From Candidatus Poribacteria bacterium (GTDB lineage: Bacteria; Poribacteria; WGA-4E; WGA-3G), in assembly GCA_963665235.2 (NCBI GenBank), contig CAXXLX010000001.1, forward strand, positions 1,504,001 to 1,568,000: a stretch of 64,000 nucleotides of DNA, in the 5' to 3' direction. Each line of letters opens with the position of its first letter. The stretch's first letter is position 1. The notes below the pieces were generated by a model. It worked only from the letters and a program-made list of their open reading frames with translations, made no database searches and was not told where the DNA came from. Made by a program: the position numbers and the translations under genes. Positions 10,979-20,769 of the stretch are shown in pieces.

Positions 10979-11278
10979 ATGGCAGATCCAGCAATAACAG
11001 CCGCAGGTACCGCAACAGTTGCAGGTGCCGCAGCAATTGCCGAGGCTATCAAAGCCTCCGGGGCAATTATTCGGCTGGAAGCGAGCGAATTTCAGAAAAT
11101 CTTATCAAAAAGTGAGAGCCCCCTCATCGTCACAGCATTAGGCGGGGTTTTCTCTAAAAAGTTTCTGTATCTAACCAACTATAAAGGTTTACACTTTTTT
11201 TGTAAGTCGTCTACGCCTATTCAACTCCCCTCTGATGCGGAGATAGTTCAGTCCAAAAAGATATATATTCCCGGATAG
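10979..11278 (+). CDS. Hypothetical protein
   Basis: ATG just downstream of promoter; Ala-rich N-terminus, AIKASGAII motif. Confidence 0.65.
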   Translation: MADPAITAAGTATVAGAAAIAEAIKASGAIIRLEASEFQKILSKSESPLIVTALGGVFSKKFLYLTNYKGLHFFCKSSTPIQLPSDAEIVQSKKIYIPG

Positions 11279-11287
11279 GAGAAAAAA

Positions 11288-11533
11288 ATGGCAACAATCG
11301 TCAAAGATAAAGCAACAGGCAAACGTTACTGCTTGCTCGGTACCGGTTTTGGTGTCTATCAATCCTCGAAACCCAACGTCTTTCTCGGAAATTTGCTGGC
11401 TGATGTGAAAGAAGGTGAATTCGCAATGGTCTGCGTCTGTGATAGTACCGGTGACATCTTCTGGATAGCAGCTGAAGCCGTTGCCGTTGTAAGTGTTGAT
11501 GGGCAGAACATCGGAGAACTCTCAATTACGTGA
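11288..11533 (+). CDS. Small hypothetical protein
   Basis: AGGAG RBS; LLGTGFGVYQS. Confidence 0.65.
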   Translation: MATIVKDKATGKRYCLLGTGFGVYQSSKPNVFLGNLLADVKEGEFAMVCVCDSTGDIFWIAAEAVAVVSVDGQNIGELSIT

Positions 11534-11695
11534 TGGACTACAATCCGCGCCTTGTAGCGGGTTGTAATGTGTATCAGCTCATACAGAAGAAAAGCCCAAA
11601 CAACGTGCAGGGCTGGATATATGGAAATGAACGTTTTCATAAAACCCGCCTTATCAAACCGCAAGGAAATATCAAACCGCAAGGAAATATCAAAA

Positions 11696-12274
11696 ATGGA
11701 GCTACAACAGATTAACATCAAGGTCTTCGCAACCGAAGATAGCAAAATCAACCACACCCACTTTATCAAGGTTTTCAACCGCTGGATGAAGGAAGCGGAT
11801 TCAGAAGATTATCTGAACTACGCCGACTACTCACACGTCGACGCGGGCCCAGGTGTGTTGTTGATTCTAAAGCAAGCCAACTATAGCATCGACGAGGCTT
11901 ATCATGAACCCGGGTTTCTCTATAACCGGAAACATGCAATGGAGGGCGACAATCCGGAAAAAATCCGCCATGCCCTTACAGAGGTATTGTCCAAATGTGA
12001 ACAGTTGGAAGCCGCAGCAGAGTTAGAAAACGCTGTCCATTTCAACGGGGCGGACCTCCTTTTTATGATAAACAACCGCAACATCGCACCGAACACGCCA
12101 GAGACCGCTGAATCTATTGAGGCAGACCTCACCCCAGTGCTGCAGCAGATGTACGGCGATGACAATTTCACAGTGGAGCGTACCTCCGATGACCGCCGTG
12201 AACGGTTCACAGTCCGAATCTCCGCAAACTCGGAGAAACCGATTTCGGAACTCATCGCCAATCTGGGAGCTTAA
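11696..12274 (+). CDS. Hypothetical protein directly upstream of moeB
   Basis: ADYSHVDAGPGVLL motif; RBS lies within an 18-bp tandem duplication TATCAAACCGCAAGGAAA. Confidence 0.7.
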   Translation: MELQQINIKVFATEDSKINHTHFIKVFNRWMKEADSEDYLNYADYSHVDAGPGVLLILKQANYSIDEAYHEPGFLYNRKHAMEGDNPEKIRHALTEVLSKCEQLEAAAELENAVHFNGADLLFMINNRNIAPNTPETAESIEADLTPVLQQMYGDDNFTVERTSDDRRERFTVRISANSEKPISELIANLGA

Positions 12275-12275
12275 C

Positions 12276-13082
12276 ATGTTTAACTTCAGCAATGAACAGA
12301 TTGAACGGTACAGCCGACATATCATTCTCAAAGAGGTCGGCGGGATGGGACAGACGCGGCTGCTGGAATCGAAAGTCCTGCTCATCGGTGCGGGCGGGCT
12401 CGGCTCGCCTATTGGGGTTTACCTCGCCGCAGCGGGAGTCGGCACACTCGGCATTATTGATGATGACGTGGTTGACCTCAGCAATTTGCAACGTCAAATC
12501 CTACACGGCACAAGCGACATCGGCACACCGAAAACAGCGTCCGCGGCAGCAACTATTACAGAGATGAACCCAGACGTGAAGGTCATCCCTTACAACGAAC
12601 GGATTACCTCCGCAAACGCCTTCAAGATTCTGGAACAGTACGATCTGATTGTAGATGGGTGTGATAACCTACCGACACGCTATCTCCTCAACGATGCCTC
12701 TGTGATGCTCGGTAAACCGATTGTGCACGGGAGCATCTTCCAATTTGAGGGGCAGGTGACCGTCTTTTATCCAGGGAAGGGGCCGTGTTACCGCTGTCTC
12801 TATCCCGAACCGCCACCCCCGGGCATGGTGCCGAGTTGTCAGGAGGCTGGGGTTTTCGGCGTTCTGCCCGGTATTATCGGCACAATCCAAGCTGTTGAAG
12901 CGATTAAAATTCTTTTAGACATTGGTGAATCTTTAATCGGCACCCTTCTACTTTTCAACGCGCTGACGATGGATTTCAAACGATTGAAACTCCGCCAAGA
13001 CGAGGGCTGCCCGATGTGTGGTGAAAACCCCTCTGTCACTGAACTCATCGATTATGAAGAGTTCTGTCAGGTCCGTTGGTAA
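12276..13082 (+). CDS. moeB: MoeB/ThiF family sulfur-carrier adenylyltransferase
   Basis: RYSRHI, IGAGGLGSP, SNLQRQ, PCYRC, SCQEAGV, CPMC. Confidence 0.9.
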   Translation: MFNFSNEQIERYSRHIILKEVGGMGQTRLLESKVLLIGAGGLGSPIGVYLAAAGVGTLGIIDDDVVDLSNLQRQILHGTSDIGTPKTASAAATITEMNPDVKVIPYNERITSANAFKILEQYDLIVDGCDNLPTRYLLNDASVMLGKPIVHGSIFQFEGQVTVFYPGKGPCYRCLYPEPPPPGMVPSCQEAGVFGVLPGIIGTIQAVEAIKILLDIGESLIGTLLLFNALTMDFKRLKLRQDEGCPMCGENPSVTELIDYEEFCQVRW

Positions 13083-13134
13083 ATATCAATTTTAACAGGA
13101 TGTAATCTACACAGATAGCAAAGGAGACAAAATC

Positions 13135-14202
13135 ATGGCAACGGCTCAGACATATCGTATCGGAATCATCGGTTGTGGTGGCATGGGCAGGTCGCATTCG
13201 CGTTCCTGGCAAAAACAGTCAAACGTTGAACTTGTAGCAGCGATGGACATCTACGAAGCGTCCGCGAAACGGGTCGCAGACGAATTTGACATCCCGGCTA
13301 TCTATACCGATGTTGATGAGATGGTAGCAAAAGAGGATTTAGACATCGTCAGTATCACGACGTGGCAGGGCCCGCGTGCGGAGGCCACAGTTGCCGCGGC
13401 GAAATCTGGCGTAAAAGGCATTATCGGTGAAAAACCGATGTCCGCTTCACTCGGGCAGGCAGATGATATGCTCGCCGCCTGTGAAGAGAACGATGTCAAA
13501 CTTGTCATTGGGCATCAGGGCAGATACAGTCCTGTAAACACAGAAATTCAGCGACTTGTCGCCGCAGGTGCAATTGGAAAACCGACACTCCTTCATCACC
13601 GCGCGAAAGCGCACGCGGGTCTCCTTAATACGGGCACGCATGCAATTGATGGGTGGCGTTATCTATTGTCCGACCCTGAGACATTGTGGGTTATCGGGCA
13701 AACTTCTCGCACAACCGACCGATGGGAACGCCGCACTATTTGCGAAGACCTCTGTATGGGATTAATCTGCTTTGAAGGCGGTGCCCGCGCTATCTATGAA
13801 GGCGACCTCCCCGACCCTGCCGTGTCCATGCCGAGAATCGCTGGCACAGAAGGGCAAATACGCAACGGGGATAGCGGCACAGTCCTACTCCAAAACGGCG
13901 ATGCAAAAGAGTGGCAGGTCATCACACCCCCACCGGAACCCAAAAATCAGTTTCAAGAACTCATCGAGTGGATAGAGGGCAAAATTCCGACCCACCGAGG
14001 CAGGGGAGAACAGGCCCGATATACTATCGAAATTATGATGGCGATTTATGAATCCTTACGCATCAAAGATGTCGTCACAATGCCGCTCGAAACGAGAGAA
14101 TTACCCCTTGAATTGATGGTCAACGATGGCACGTTGCCGGTCCTAGAGGAAGGCAAATATGACCTACGCACACCCTTTGAAGGGCAAACACGAAAACGGT
14201 AA
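13135..14202 (+). CDS. Gfo/Idh/MocA family oxidoreductase
   Basis: GIIGCGGMG, GEKPM. Confidence 0.9.
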   Translation: MATAQTYRIGIIGCGGMGRSHSRSWQKQSNVELVAAMDIYEASAKRVADEFDIPAIYTDVDEMVAKEDLDIVSITTWQGPRAEATVAAAKSGVKGIIGEKPMSASLGQADDMLAACEENDVKLVIGHQGRYSPVNTEIQRLVAAGAIGKPTLLHHRAKAHAGLLNTGTHAIDGWRYLLSDPETLWVIGQTSRTTDRWERRTICEDLCMGLICFEGGARAIYEGDLPDPAVSMPRIAGTEGQIRNGDSGTVLLQNGDAKEWQVITPPPEPKNQFQELIEWIEGKIPTHRGRGEQARYTIEIMMAIYESLRIKDVVTMPLETRELPLELMVNDGTLPVLEEGKYDLRTPFEGQTRKR

Positions 14203-14219
14203 CGCATAGGAGAAAACAG

Positions 14220-14687
14220 ATGGCGAAGGAGGACAGACGTTCTTTTTTACAAATCGCAACAGCATGCATCGGCGGCATACTTAGCTTCGCCGCGGGCATC
14301 CCGCTAATCGGATTTGCAATCTCACCCGCATGGAAAAAAGGCGAATCCAAATGGGTCGACCTAGGGCTAATAGACCGACTCAAAAACAGCCGCTATAAGA
14401 AGGTAAATTATACCTTCACCGCAAAAGATGGATGGGTCAAAACGACAAAAAAGCGTTCTGTTTACGTGACAGATGCGGGTAACGGGGAGTGGACCGTATT
14501 TTCGCGAACCTGTTCTCACCTCGGATGCCTCGTACGCTGGAATGAAAAGCAGGAGGTGTTTCTCTGTCCATGCCACGGTGCTGTGTTTGACAAAGATGGG
14601 GTTGTAACCGCCGGCCCGCCGCCGCGCCCCCTGCAAAAACTAGAGGTTAAGGTTGAGGATGGCATCTTGTATGTGAAGGAGTTCTGA
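14220..14687 (+). CDS. Rieske iron-sulfur subunit of Rieske/cytochrome b complex
   Basis: Tat RRSFL; CSHLGC and CPCHG; GPPPRPL. Confidence 0.92.
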   Translation: MAKEDRRSFLQIATACIGGILSFAAGIPLIGFAISPAWKKGESKWVDLGLIDRLKNSRYKKVNYTFTAKDGWVKTTKKRSVYVTDAGNGEWTVFSRTCSHLGCLVRWNEKQEVFLCPCHGAVFDKDGVVTAGPPPRPLQKLEVKVEDGILYVKEF

Positions 14688-14689
14688 AG

Positions 14690-16174
14690 ATGATGCAGTT
14701 TCTGAAGGAACGTCTTCCACTATCGGAGGTGTCCGAACATCTGCGCAAACCGCTGCCGAAACATATCAACCTACTTTTCTCCCTCGGCAGTTTGGCAATG
14801 TTTCTGCTACTGCTCCAAGCTGTTACAGGGGCACTCCTTGCGTTATCCTATTCCCCAACGCCAGACAACGCTTACGACGCGGTAACCTATATCAGCAACG
14901 AGGCACCGTTCGGTAGTTTTGTGCGCGGCTTGCACCATTGGGGTGCAAGTGCCATGGTTATCATTGTCTTTCTGCACCTGCTCCGTGTCGTCCTTTACGG
15001 CTCCTATAAAGCCCCCCGTGAGTTGACGTGGGTTGTCGGTGTCCTTCTGTTATTGGTGGTGCTAGGGTTTGGGTTCACGGGTTATCTGCTGCCGTGGGAC
15101 GAAAAAGCGTATTGGGCAACGAAAGTCGGGGTTGAAATATCCGGTAAGGCCCCGGTCCTAGGCGGATGGGTTGCAAAAGTGCTACGCGGCGGCACAGAGG
15201 TCGGCGCGGTGACATTGTCACGTTTCTACGCACTCCACACGATTTGGTTACCGTGGTTAGCCTTCGGCTTAGTCGGTTTACATCTATTTTTGGTCCGGTA
15301 CTACGGTTCTTCAGGAACGCCACAGAACACCCTGGAAGATATGAAAATGGGAAAACCGTTCTATCCTGACCAGGTGTTTGAGGACGTTGTCGGCATGCTG
15401 ATTCTTTTTATAGTGTTAGCATCGGCTGCGTTGTTCGTTCCCGTTCCGCTTGAAGATGTCGCCGACCCAACGAATGCCAACTATGACCCCCGCCCTGAAT
15501 GGTATTTTCTCTTTCTGTTTCAGCTGCTGAAATATTTCCAAGGCCCGTTTGAAATCATCGGGACGTTTATCATCCCGACAGTCGGCATGGTGCTACTGCT
15601 GCTGCTTCCCTTCTTAGACAGAAGTGAACGTAAAGCGCTTTGGAAACGTCCCGTGGCACTTACTGTCACAACCTTTTGCGTTGCAGCAGTTGTGACATTG
15701 ACACTCCTCGGCGCAACTGCAAAGAAATTGGAGACGGTCGAACCAGAGACACCCCAGCCTGTACAACAGGCAGCCGATACGGATACACAAAATGGCGAAA
15801 CTACTGAAACAGAAGCTCCGCCCGAAGTCGAAGACCTGAAAGAACTCATGAGGTTGATGATGGATGCCTACTATGAGGTCGTTGACTACTTCGACACCGG
15901 TGAAGGTAAAGCGGAAGCTGTTGAAGGGGCGAAACAGCTCGCTACATATTCAAAAGCGATTGTAGCCTTTGAACCCCCGAAAAATGCCGAGCTGACTGAA
16001 GAATATGCCGAAATACAGGAACAGTTCGCGGAAACGCTCACACAATTTGCTGAAAAACTTGAACAGGAGGGCATCACCGACGAAACACGTCAGCAGTGGG
16101 ATGATATCGTAACATTGGTCAATCAAGCACACCAACGGTTCAGCGAGGAGGAGATTGACCTAGAGGCATACTAG
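14690..16174 (+). CDS. Cytochrome b (b6 + subunit IV fused) with C-terminal helical extension
   Basis: RGLHHWGAS, HLLR, GYLLPWD, RFYALH, PFYP, PEWYFLF. Confidence 0.92.
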   Translation: MMQFLKERLPLSEVSEHLRKPLPKHINLLFSLGSLAMFLLLLQAVTGALLALSYSPTPDNAYDAVTYISNEAPFGSFVRGLHHWGASAMVIIVFLHLLRVVLYGSYKAPRELTWVVGVLLLLVVLGFGFTGYLLPWDEKAYWATKVGVEISGKAPVLGGWVAKVLRGGTEVGAVTLSRFYALHTIWLPWLAFGLVGLHLFLVRYYGSSGTPQNTLEDMKMGKPFYPDQVFEDVVGMLILFIVLASAALFVPVPLEDVADPTNANYDPRPEWYFLFLFQLLKYFQGPFEIIGTFIIPTVGMVLLLLLPFLDRSERKALWKRPVALTVTTFCVAAVVTLTLLGATAKKLETVEPETPQPVQQAADTDTQNGETTETEAPPEVEDLKELMRLMMDAYYEVVDYFDTGEGKAEAVEGAKQLATYSKAIVAFEPPKNAELTEEYAEIQEQFAETLTQFAEKLEQEGITDETRQQWDDIVTLVNQAHQRFSEEEIDLEAY

Positions 16175-16289
16175 ATTGGCAATTGGCGATTGGCAATTAG
16201 CAATTGGCAAGATTTTGTGATTACAGAACGCGGTCTGACGCGCGTCAGAGCCCTCTTTCTCTTGCTATAAACCAAAAACCAATAGCTAA
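16175..16289. repeat. Heptamer-bounded dispersed repeat (TTGGCAA/TTAGCAA runs ... GACGCGCGTCA ... ANAGCCA runs); relatives at ~19553-19666, 19770-19888, 55238-55352, 61560-61860
   Basis: Heptamer runs at both ends in opposite orientation and shared core CTCTTTCTCTTGCTA. Confidence 0.65.
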
Positions 16290-16320
16290 TCTGGCAAATA
16301 GCAAGAGGTTTGTGATTCCA

Positions 16321-16470
16321 ACGTGAGTTTGAAAAAAGTTTTGATCTGTAGCGTTCTCTAGTAGTTTCAGCAAAAACCAGTGCAAACTAAACGTTCATGG
16401 GACAATTATATCGCTTTTTTCGGCCTGAAAGGTGTCTACGGCAAACGGTTATTTATTATCAAGCTCACGT
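16321..16470. mobile_element. MITE-B copy
   Basis: ACGTGAGTTTGAAAAAA ... TTATTATCAAGCTCACGT. Confidence 0.7.
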
Positions 16471-16499
16471 TTTTTCTAATATTCTGCAAAAAATTTGAC

Positions 16500-16822
16500 A
16501 TTGATTACAGTTACCGGAATGTATGCTCTCAGTGGTTCGTATACCGCCGCGCCAGGAGATATACACGAGGTCTGTCTTATCACTGATGCTCCTTATGCCA
16601 ATGTCTATTGGTATGTGAAGGTGCCTTGGGATACCATGCCTGGGGCGTTTAGGAACATTGGAAGAAACTGATACCGGAGATGGGACCACAAAGGAGGCGA
16701 CTTTCAGTTACACGTTCCCTAGTGGTGCCATGCATACTGGGACATTCACGATAACGGCGTATATTTACCGAAGTGACAATACTATCTATGAAGAAAGTTA
16801 CACAGTGACGGTAGCTAACTAA
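16500..16822 (+). pseudogene. 3' remnant of a hypothetical protein gene
   Basis: EVCLITDAPYANVYWYVK, then frameshift to GDGTTKEATFSYTFPSG...EESYTVTVAN*; no start found. Confidence 0.45.
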
Positions 16823-16985
16823 TCCGCTAATATTTGGTTTTTAAGGCGGGACATCTTAGAGGTATACCATTTCTATTTAAATGGTGCACATTATGCTATC
16901 TATTCGGAAGGACTCTTCTGTAGGCGCGTGCTCTTGGTCGCGACCGGGAGGTTGCGCCTAGAAGAAACCTCCGCACCCGTATATT

Positions 16986-17139
16986 AACCCAAGTTGCTAC
17001 TTATAGGTTTTTAGACCTGGAAACACCGTCTTTAATGAAAATATGCTGATAATTAGGCAATATTTGTAGCGTCCACTTTTAGTTTGCACACAAATATGCA
17101 CAATCTGGAAGATTATGCTACTATGTGGCAACTTAGGTT
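16986..17139. mobile_element. MITE with AACC(C/T)AAGTTGC TIRs and 5-bp TSD ATATT
   Basis: ATATT-AACCCAAGTTGCTAC ... GTGGCAACTTAGGTT-ATATT; contains one monomer of the MITE-A repeat (GCACAATCTGGAAGATTATGCTAC). Confidence 0.7.
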
Positions 17140-17172
17140 ATATTATTCGCGAGTCAGACTCAGACAGGATGA

Positions 17173-17201
17173 TTGACATTTAAGCCAAGACATGTTAAAA
17201 T
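17173..17201 (+). promoter_or_regulatory. sigma70-like promoter of WD40 cassette 1 (paralog at 43940-43968)
   Basis: TTGACA-17bp-TAAAAT in both copies. Confidence 0.65.
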
Positions 17202-17264
17202 GGTTTTATATTTGGTATATGTCTTTCTACCCAGATTAGGACAGCTTAAAAGGAGAACTACCCC

Positions 17265-18293
17265 ATGAAAAACACGTCGTATTCCATTTTAATAGCACTG
17301 TTTATAGCAGCAACATTTACGCCTATCAGCCTCGCCCAATATTCCCCGGGAGGCGATTCCCCTGATGGCGAGAAAGCGCGCGTCAGGAAAGGCAAGCTCC
17401 ATATCTATGATGTAAAGTATTCACCAGATAGCACACGGGTCGCGGTAGCCGGTAGTTTCGGTATCCGGCTCTATGATGTTCAGACAGGTGAAGAACCGGT
17501 TCAATTCATAGGGCACCGAGGTAAGAAGGTCTGGAGCGTGGCGTTTAGTCCGGATGGAAAAAGGTTTGTGAGCGGTGGACAGGATAATACCATTCGGTTG
17601 TGGGATGTGAACACAGGAAAACTCCTCCGAACAATCACAGAACGGGCCTGGAGCGTAGCATTTAGTCCAGATGGCACGACGATAGCAAGTGGGGATTGGA
17701 TTCAGACCATTAGTCTATGGGATGTGAACACAGGGAAACGTCTACTTACACTCCCTGGGCATACGATTAAGCTCTGGAGCCTAGCGTTTAGCCCGGATGG
17801 AAGGATGCTTGCGAGTTGTGGCTGTGATTACAATACCGGCAGTGGGTACGATAGCATTCGGTTGTGGGATGTGAAAACAGGAAAACACATACGAACAATC
17901 GGAGAAGAGGCTGCTGGGAATGGCATCACAGACGTGGCGTTTAGTCCGGATGGAAAGACTATAGCTAGTGCCAGCTCATCTATCCTTCGGTTGTGGGATG
18001 TGAAAACAGGAAAACACATACGAACATTTACAGAGGACGCGGCTAGTGTCTGGAGGGTGGCGTTTAGTCCGGATGGAAAGACTATAGCTAGTGCAAATAT
18101 CGGTGCCATCATCGGTTTGTGGGATGTGGAAACGGGAAAACTCCTCCGAACAATCAGCGGGCAGGGTTGTGTCGGAAAAGTGGTGGCGTTTAGTCCGGAT
18201 GGAAAGACTATCGCAAGCGGGGGTTGGCAGGTGGCATATCTGTGGGATGCGAACACGGGACAACGCCTCCGAACACTCATAAAGGATTATTGA
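17265..18293 (+). CDS. Secreted WD40-repeat protein (cassette 1, intact)
   Basis: Signal peptide; about 7 repeats VAFSPDG.TIAS....LWDV. Confidence 0.92.
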   Translation: MKNTSYSILIALFIAATFTPISLAQYSPGGDSPDGEKARVRKGKLHIYDVKYSPDSTRVAVAGSFGIRLYDVQTGEEPVQFIGHRGKKVWSVAFSPDGKRFVSGGQDNTIRLWDVNTGKLLRTITERAWSVAFSPDGTTIASGDWIQTISLWDVNTGKRLLTLPGHTIKLWSLAFSPDGRMLASCGCDYNTGSGYDSIRLWDVKTGKHIRTIGEEAAGNGITDVAFSPDGKTIASASSSILRLWDVKTGKHIRTFTEDAASVWRVAFSPDGKTIASANIGAIIGLWDVETGKLLRTISGQGCVGKVVAFSPDGKTIASGGWQVAYLWDANTGQRLRTLIKDY

Positions 18294-18330
18294 TACAACT
18301 GCGCAGCGGTATATTGCAAGGGGAAACATC

Positions 18331-19547
18331 ATGAAATATGTCAACGCCTGCCTGTTTACGACTTTTATAGTAAAGCTTACAATTATTTATACATGGCAAT
18401 GTGGCAAAAACGCCCGGTTTTCCTCTGCCCCCGCGGGCGGGGGGATAAAGGGGGGTCTTAAAGTCAATGTCCATTTATTTTCCAACTTTACTATATCCTT
18501 ATAACAGCTGTGCAAATCGGTTGTTTATCTACGGGTGTCATGGGCAAGGCAGAGAAATTAGTTGACGCGCAGGATTATCGAGGGGCGATAGACGCTTATC
18601 AAAGCATCATTGATAGTAAACCTGGGACGGTTGACGCACGCGCAGCCCAACTCGCTATCGGTGAACTCTACATTGCACATATCAATCAACCCGAACAGGG
18701 GACTAAAGCATATCAAGCAGTCATTGCTGAAACCCCCGATAGCGATGAGGCGGCAGAGGCACACTATCGTCTCGGAATGCACGCCTATCGTCAAAAAGAT
18801 TTTGACGCAGCGCAAACTCACTTTCGGACTATCGTTATCCGATTTTCGCATCTACATGTACGATTGCGTCAGAATGCTCACCTGATGTTGGCAAAGAGTT
18901 ATGAGGGGGGACAGAAATATGAACAAGCTGTGAAAACTTTTGAGAATTTTGTGAACTGCTATCCACAGAGCAAACGCGCTGCCCAAGCCATAGTCAATAA
19001 AGCGCGCGTCCAACGCAAAATCCTTAAAAATGAGCGGGCGGAATCGCATCTTGAAAAACCAAAAGAAGCGTTCATTGAACGCAATACCTCTCCCTTTGGA
19101 TTTGGCCCATATCCTGAAGTTCCCGCCAATTATCGGTTTCGGAGACAACTTTGGGATAATGCCACGCCAGAGCATGAGTTGTTAGAACGTGTCCGCCTTA
19201 AGTTATGGAAACAGGGCACACAAATTAAAGGTGCCATGTTTGATAATAATGGTCTCATTTATCCAACTATTCCGGGTGTAATTTACGTGGAATGGCGTAC
19301 CGTTGAAGAAGGGCCCCTACAGTTCGTGGGACGACGGTATGCCGCGCACGTCATGGGGCACCCAAATACTGCTAAAAAATGGAGTGCTTCATACCTAACT
19401 GAACTTGGGTTTGAACGCACAGACGTAAAGAAGGACAGTGAGGCATCAGGTATAAAGGTTTATGAGTATCCAGATGGGGGGATAGACCCCTACACATTTC
19501 TCGATTTACCGAAGAGCCTCACTCAAAATCCTCTGCATGAAGATTAA
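18331..19547 (+). pseudogene. TPR lipoprotein with unknown C-terminal domain; signal peptide interrupted by MITE
   Basis: MKYVNACLFTTF at 18331 matches paralog 45561; removing 128 bp leaves a 363-codon ORF with QIGC lipobox. Confidence 0.8.
18368..18493. mobile_element. MITE-C (TAGTAAA.. ends, TA TSD; IS630/Tc1-like signature)
   Basis: TA-TAGTAAAGCTT ... AACTTTACTA-TA; empty site in paralog ~45591-45620; internal CCCCCGCGGGCGGGGG hairpin. Confidence 0.85.
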
Positions 19548-19893
19548 TTTATACTGGCAATTAGCAGTTAGCAATTAGCTCATTGGCGATTAGCGATTGG
19601 CAAGAAATATAAGAGAAGAGAAGAAACCTCTTTGTTTTCTTCCTCTTGCTATAAACCATTAGCCAAAGGTCGATTTGGACAAATCACGTTACCTATTTCC
19701 TGCTGTTTTTTTCAACTGCTTAGCGGTGCGGAGCTGTTCTCTAAGGTGAGGCATCCCCTCAGGTTTTATACTGGCAAATAGCAATTAGCAGTTAGCAATT
19801 CCCAGGTTTCTGAAGCGCGTCAAAAACCTCTTTCTCTTCTAACGGTTTCCAACAGCATAAGCCATAAGCCATAAGCTATAAGCCAATTACACG

Positions 19894-20769
19894 TTACCTA
19901 TTTCCTGCTGTTTTTTTCAACTGCTTAGCGGTGCGGAGCTCTCTAAGGTGAGGCATCCCCTCAGCCTGCTGTATAAACGTGTCCAGAGCCCGGTGCATCA
20001 TGACGGTGTCACCCTTTTTCTGATATGCCTGCGCAAGCCGATAGTGTGCCTCTATCTCACTCTTATCTAACGCTAACCCCTTTTCATAGACAGGAATAGC
20101 GTTGAGAAAGTCTTCGCTCTCTTCATAAGCGAGTCCGAGGTTGAAATAGACCGTAGCGTCACCGCCATCTAGGGCTATGCCCGCTTTATAATGCTGAATA
20201 GCCTCCGGATAGGCTTCCTGATTGAGATACGCATCCGCTAGATTGTAATAGGCATCCACAAATGTTGGGTCTGAATCGATAGCACGCTGATAGGCGACTA
20301 CAGCTTCATCGAACCGGTTGGACATGTCGTAAGCATAACCGAGGTTGTTATAGAAGGCGGGGTTTCCGGGTGAAATTTCAAGTGCCACTTGAAACATATC
20401 TATCGCCAAGAGAAATAGGCGGAGGTCAACGTACACTAAACCGAGGTTGTTATATGCCTGCTGATGGTCTTCGTCAAGCGAAATTGCTGTTTGAAACCTC
20501 TCTATCGCCTTCTCATGTTCACCCAATTTATGATAGATTTTCCCTAATGAGAGATGCCCTTCCGCGTCGAGCGGATTGAGCGTTTGTCCCATCTCAAGTT
20601 TTAGTGCCTCGCGCTGGAGTTCTCTCCGCTGCTTCGTCTCCTCCGGCGCAGAACAGCCGTAGAAAAAGCAGACTATCACGATTATGAATAACAACGTTGA
20701 AACACGGAAACACCGTTTCCCAACAATATTAGGAGGACAAGCCTGATGATTATTGATACCCATACGCAT
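19894..20769 (-). CDS. TPR repeat lipoprotein (true start probably ~20700)
   Basis: Repeated AYNNLG/AYYNLA motifs; FYGC lipobox. Confidence 0.85.
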   Translation of the reverse strand: MRMGINNHQACPPNIVGKRCFRVSTLLFIIVIVCFFYGCSAPEETKQRRELQREALKLEMGQTLNPLDAEGHLSLGKIYHKLGEHEKAIERFQTAISLDEDHQQAYNNLGLVYVDLRLFLLAIDMFQVALEISPGNPAFYNNLGYAYDMSNRFDEAVVAYQRAIDSDPTFVDAYYNLADAYLNQEAYPEAIQHYKAGIALDGGDATVYFNLGLAYEESEDFLNAIPVYEKGLALDKSEIEAHYRLAQAYQKKGDTVMMHRALDTFIQQAEGMPHLRELRTAKQLKKTAGNR

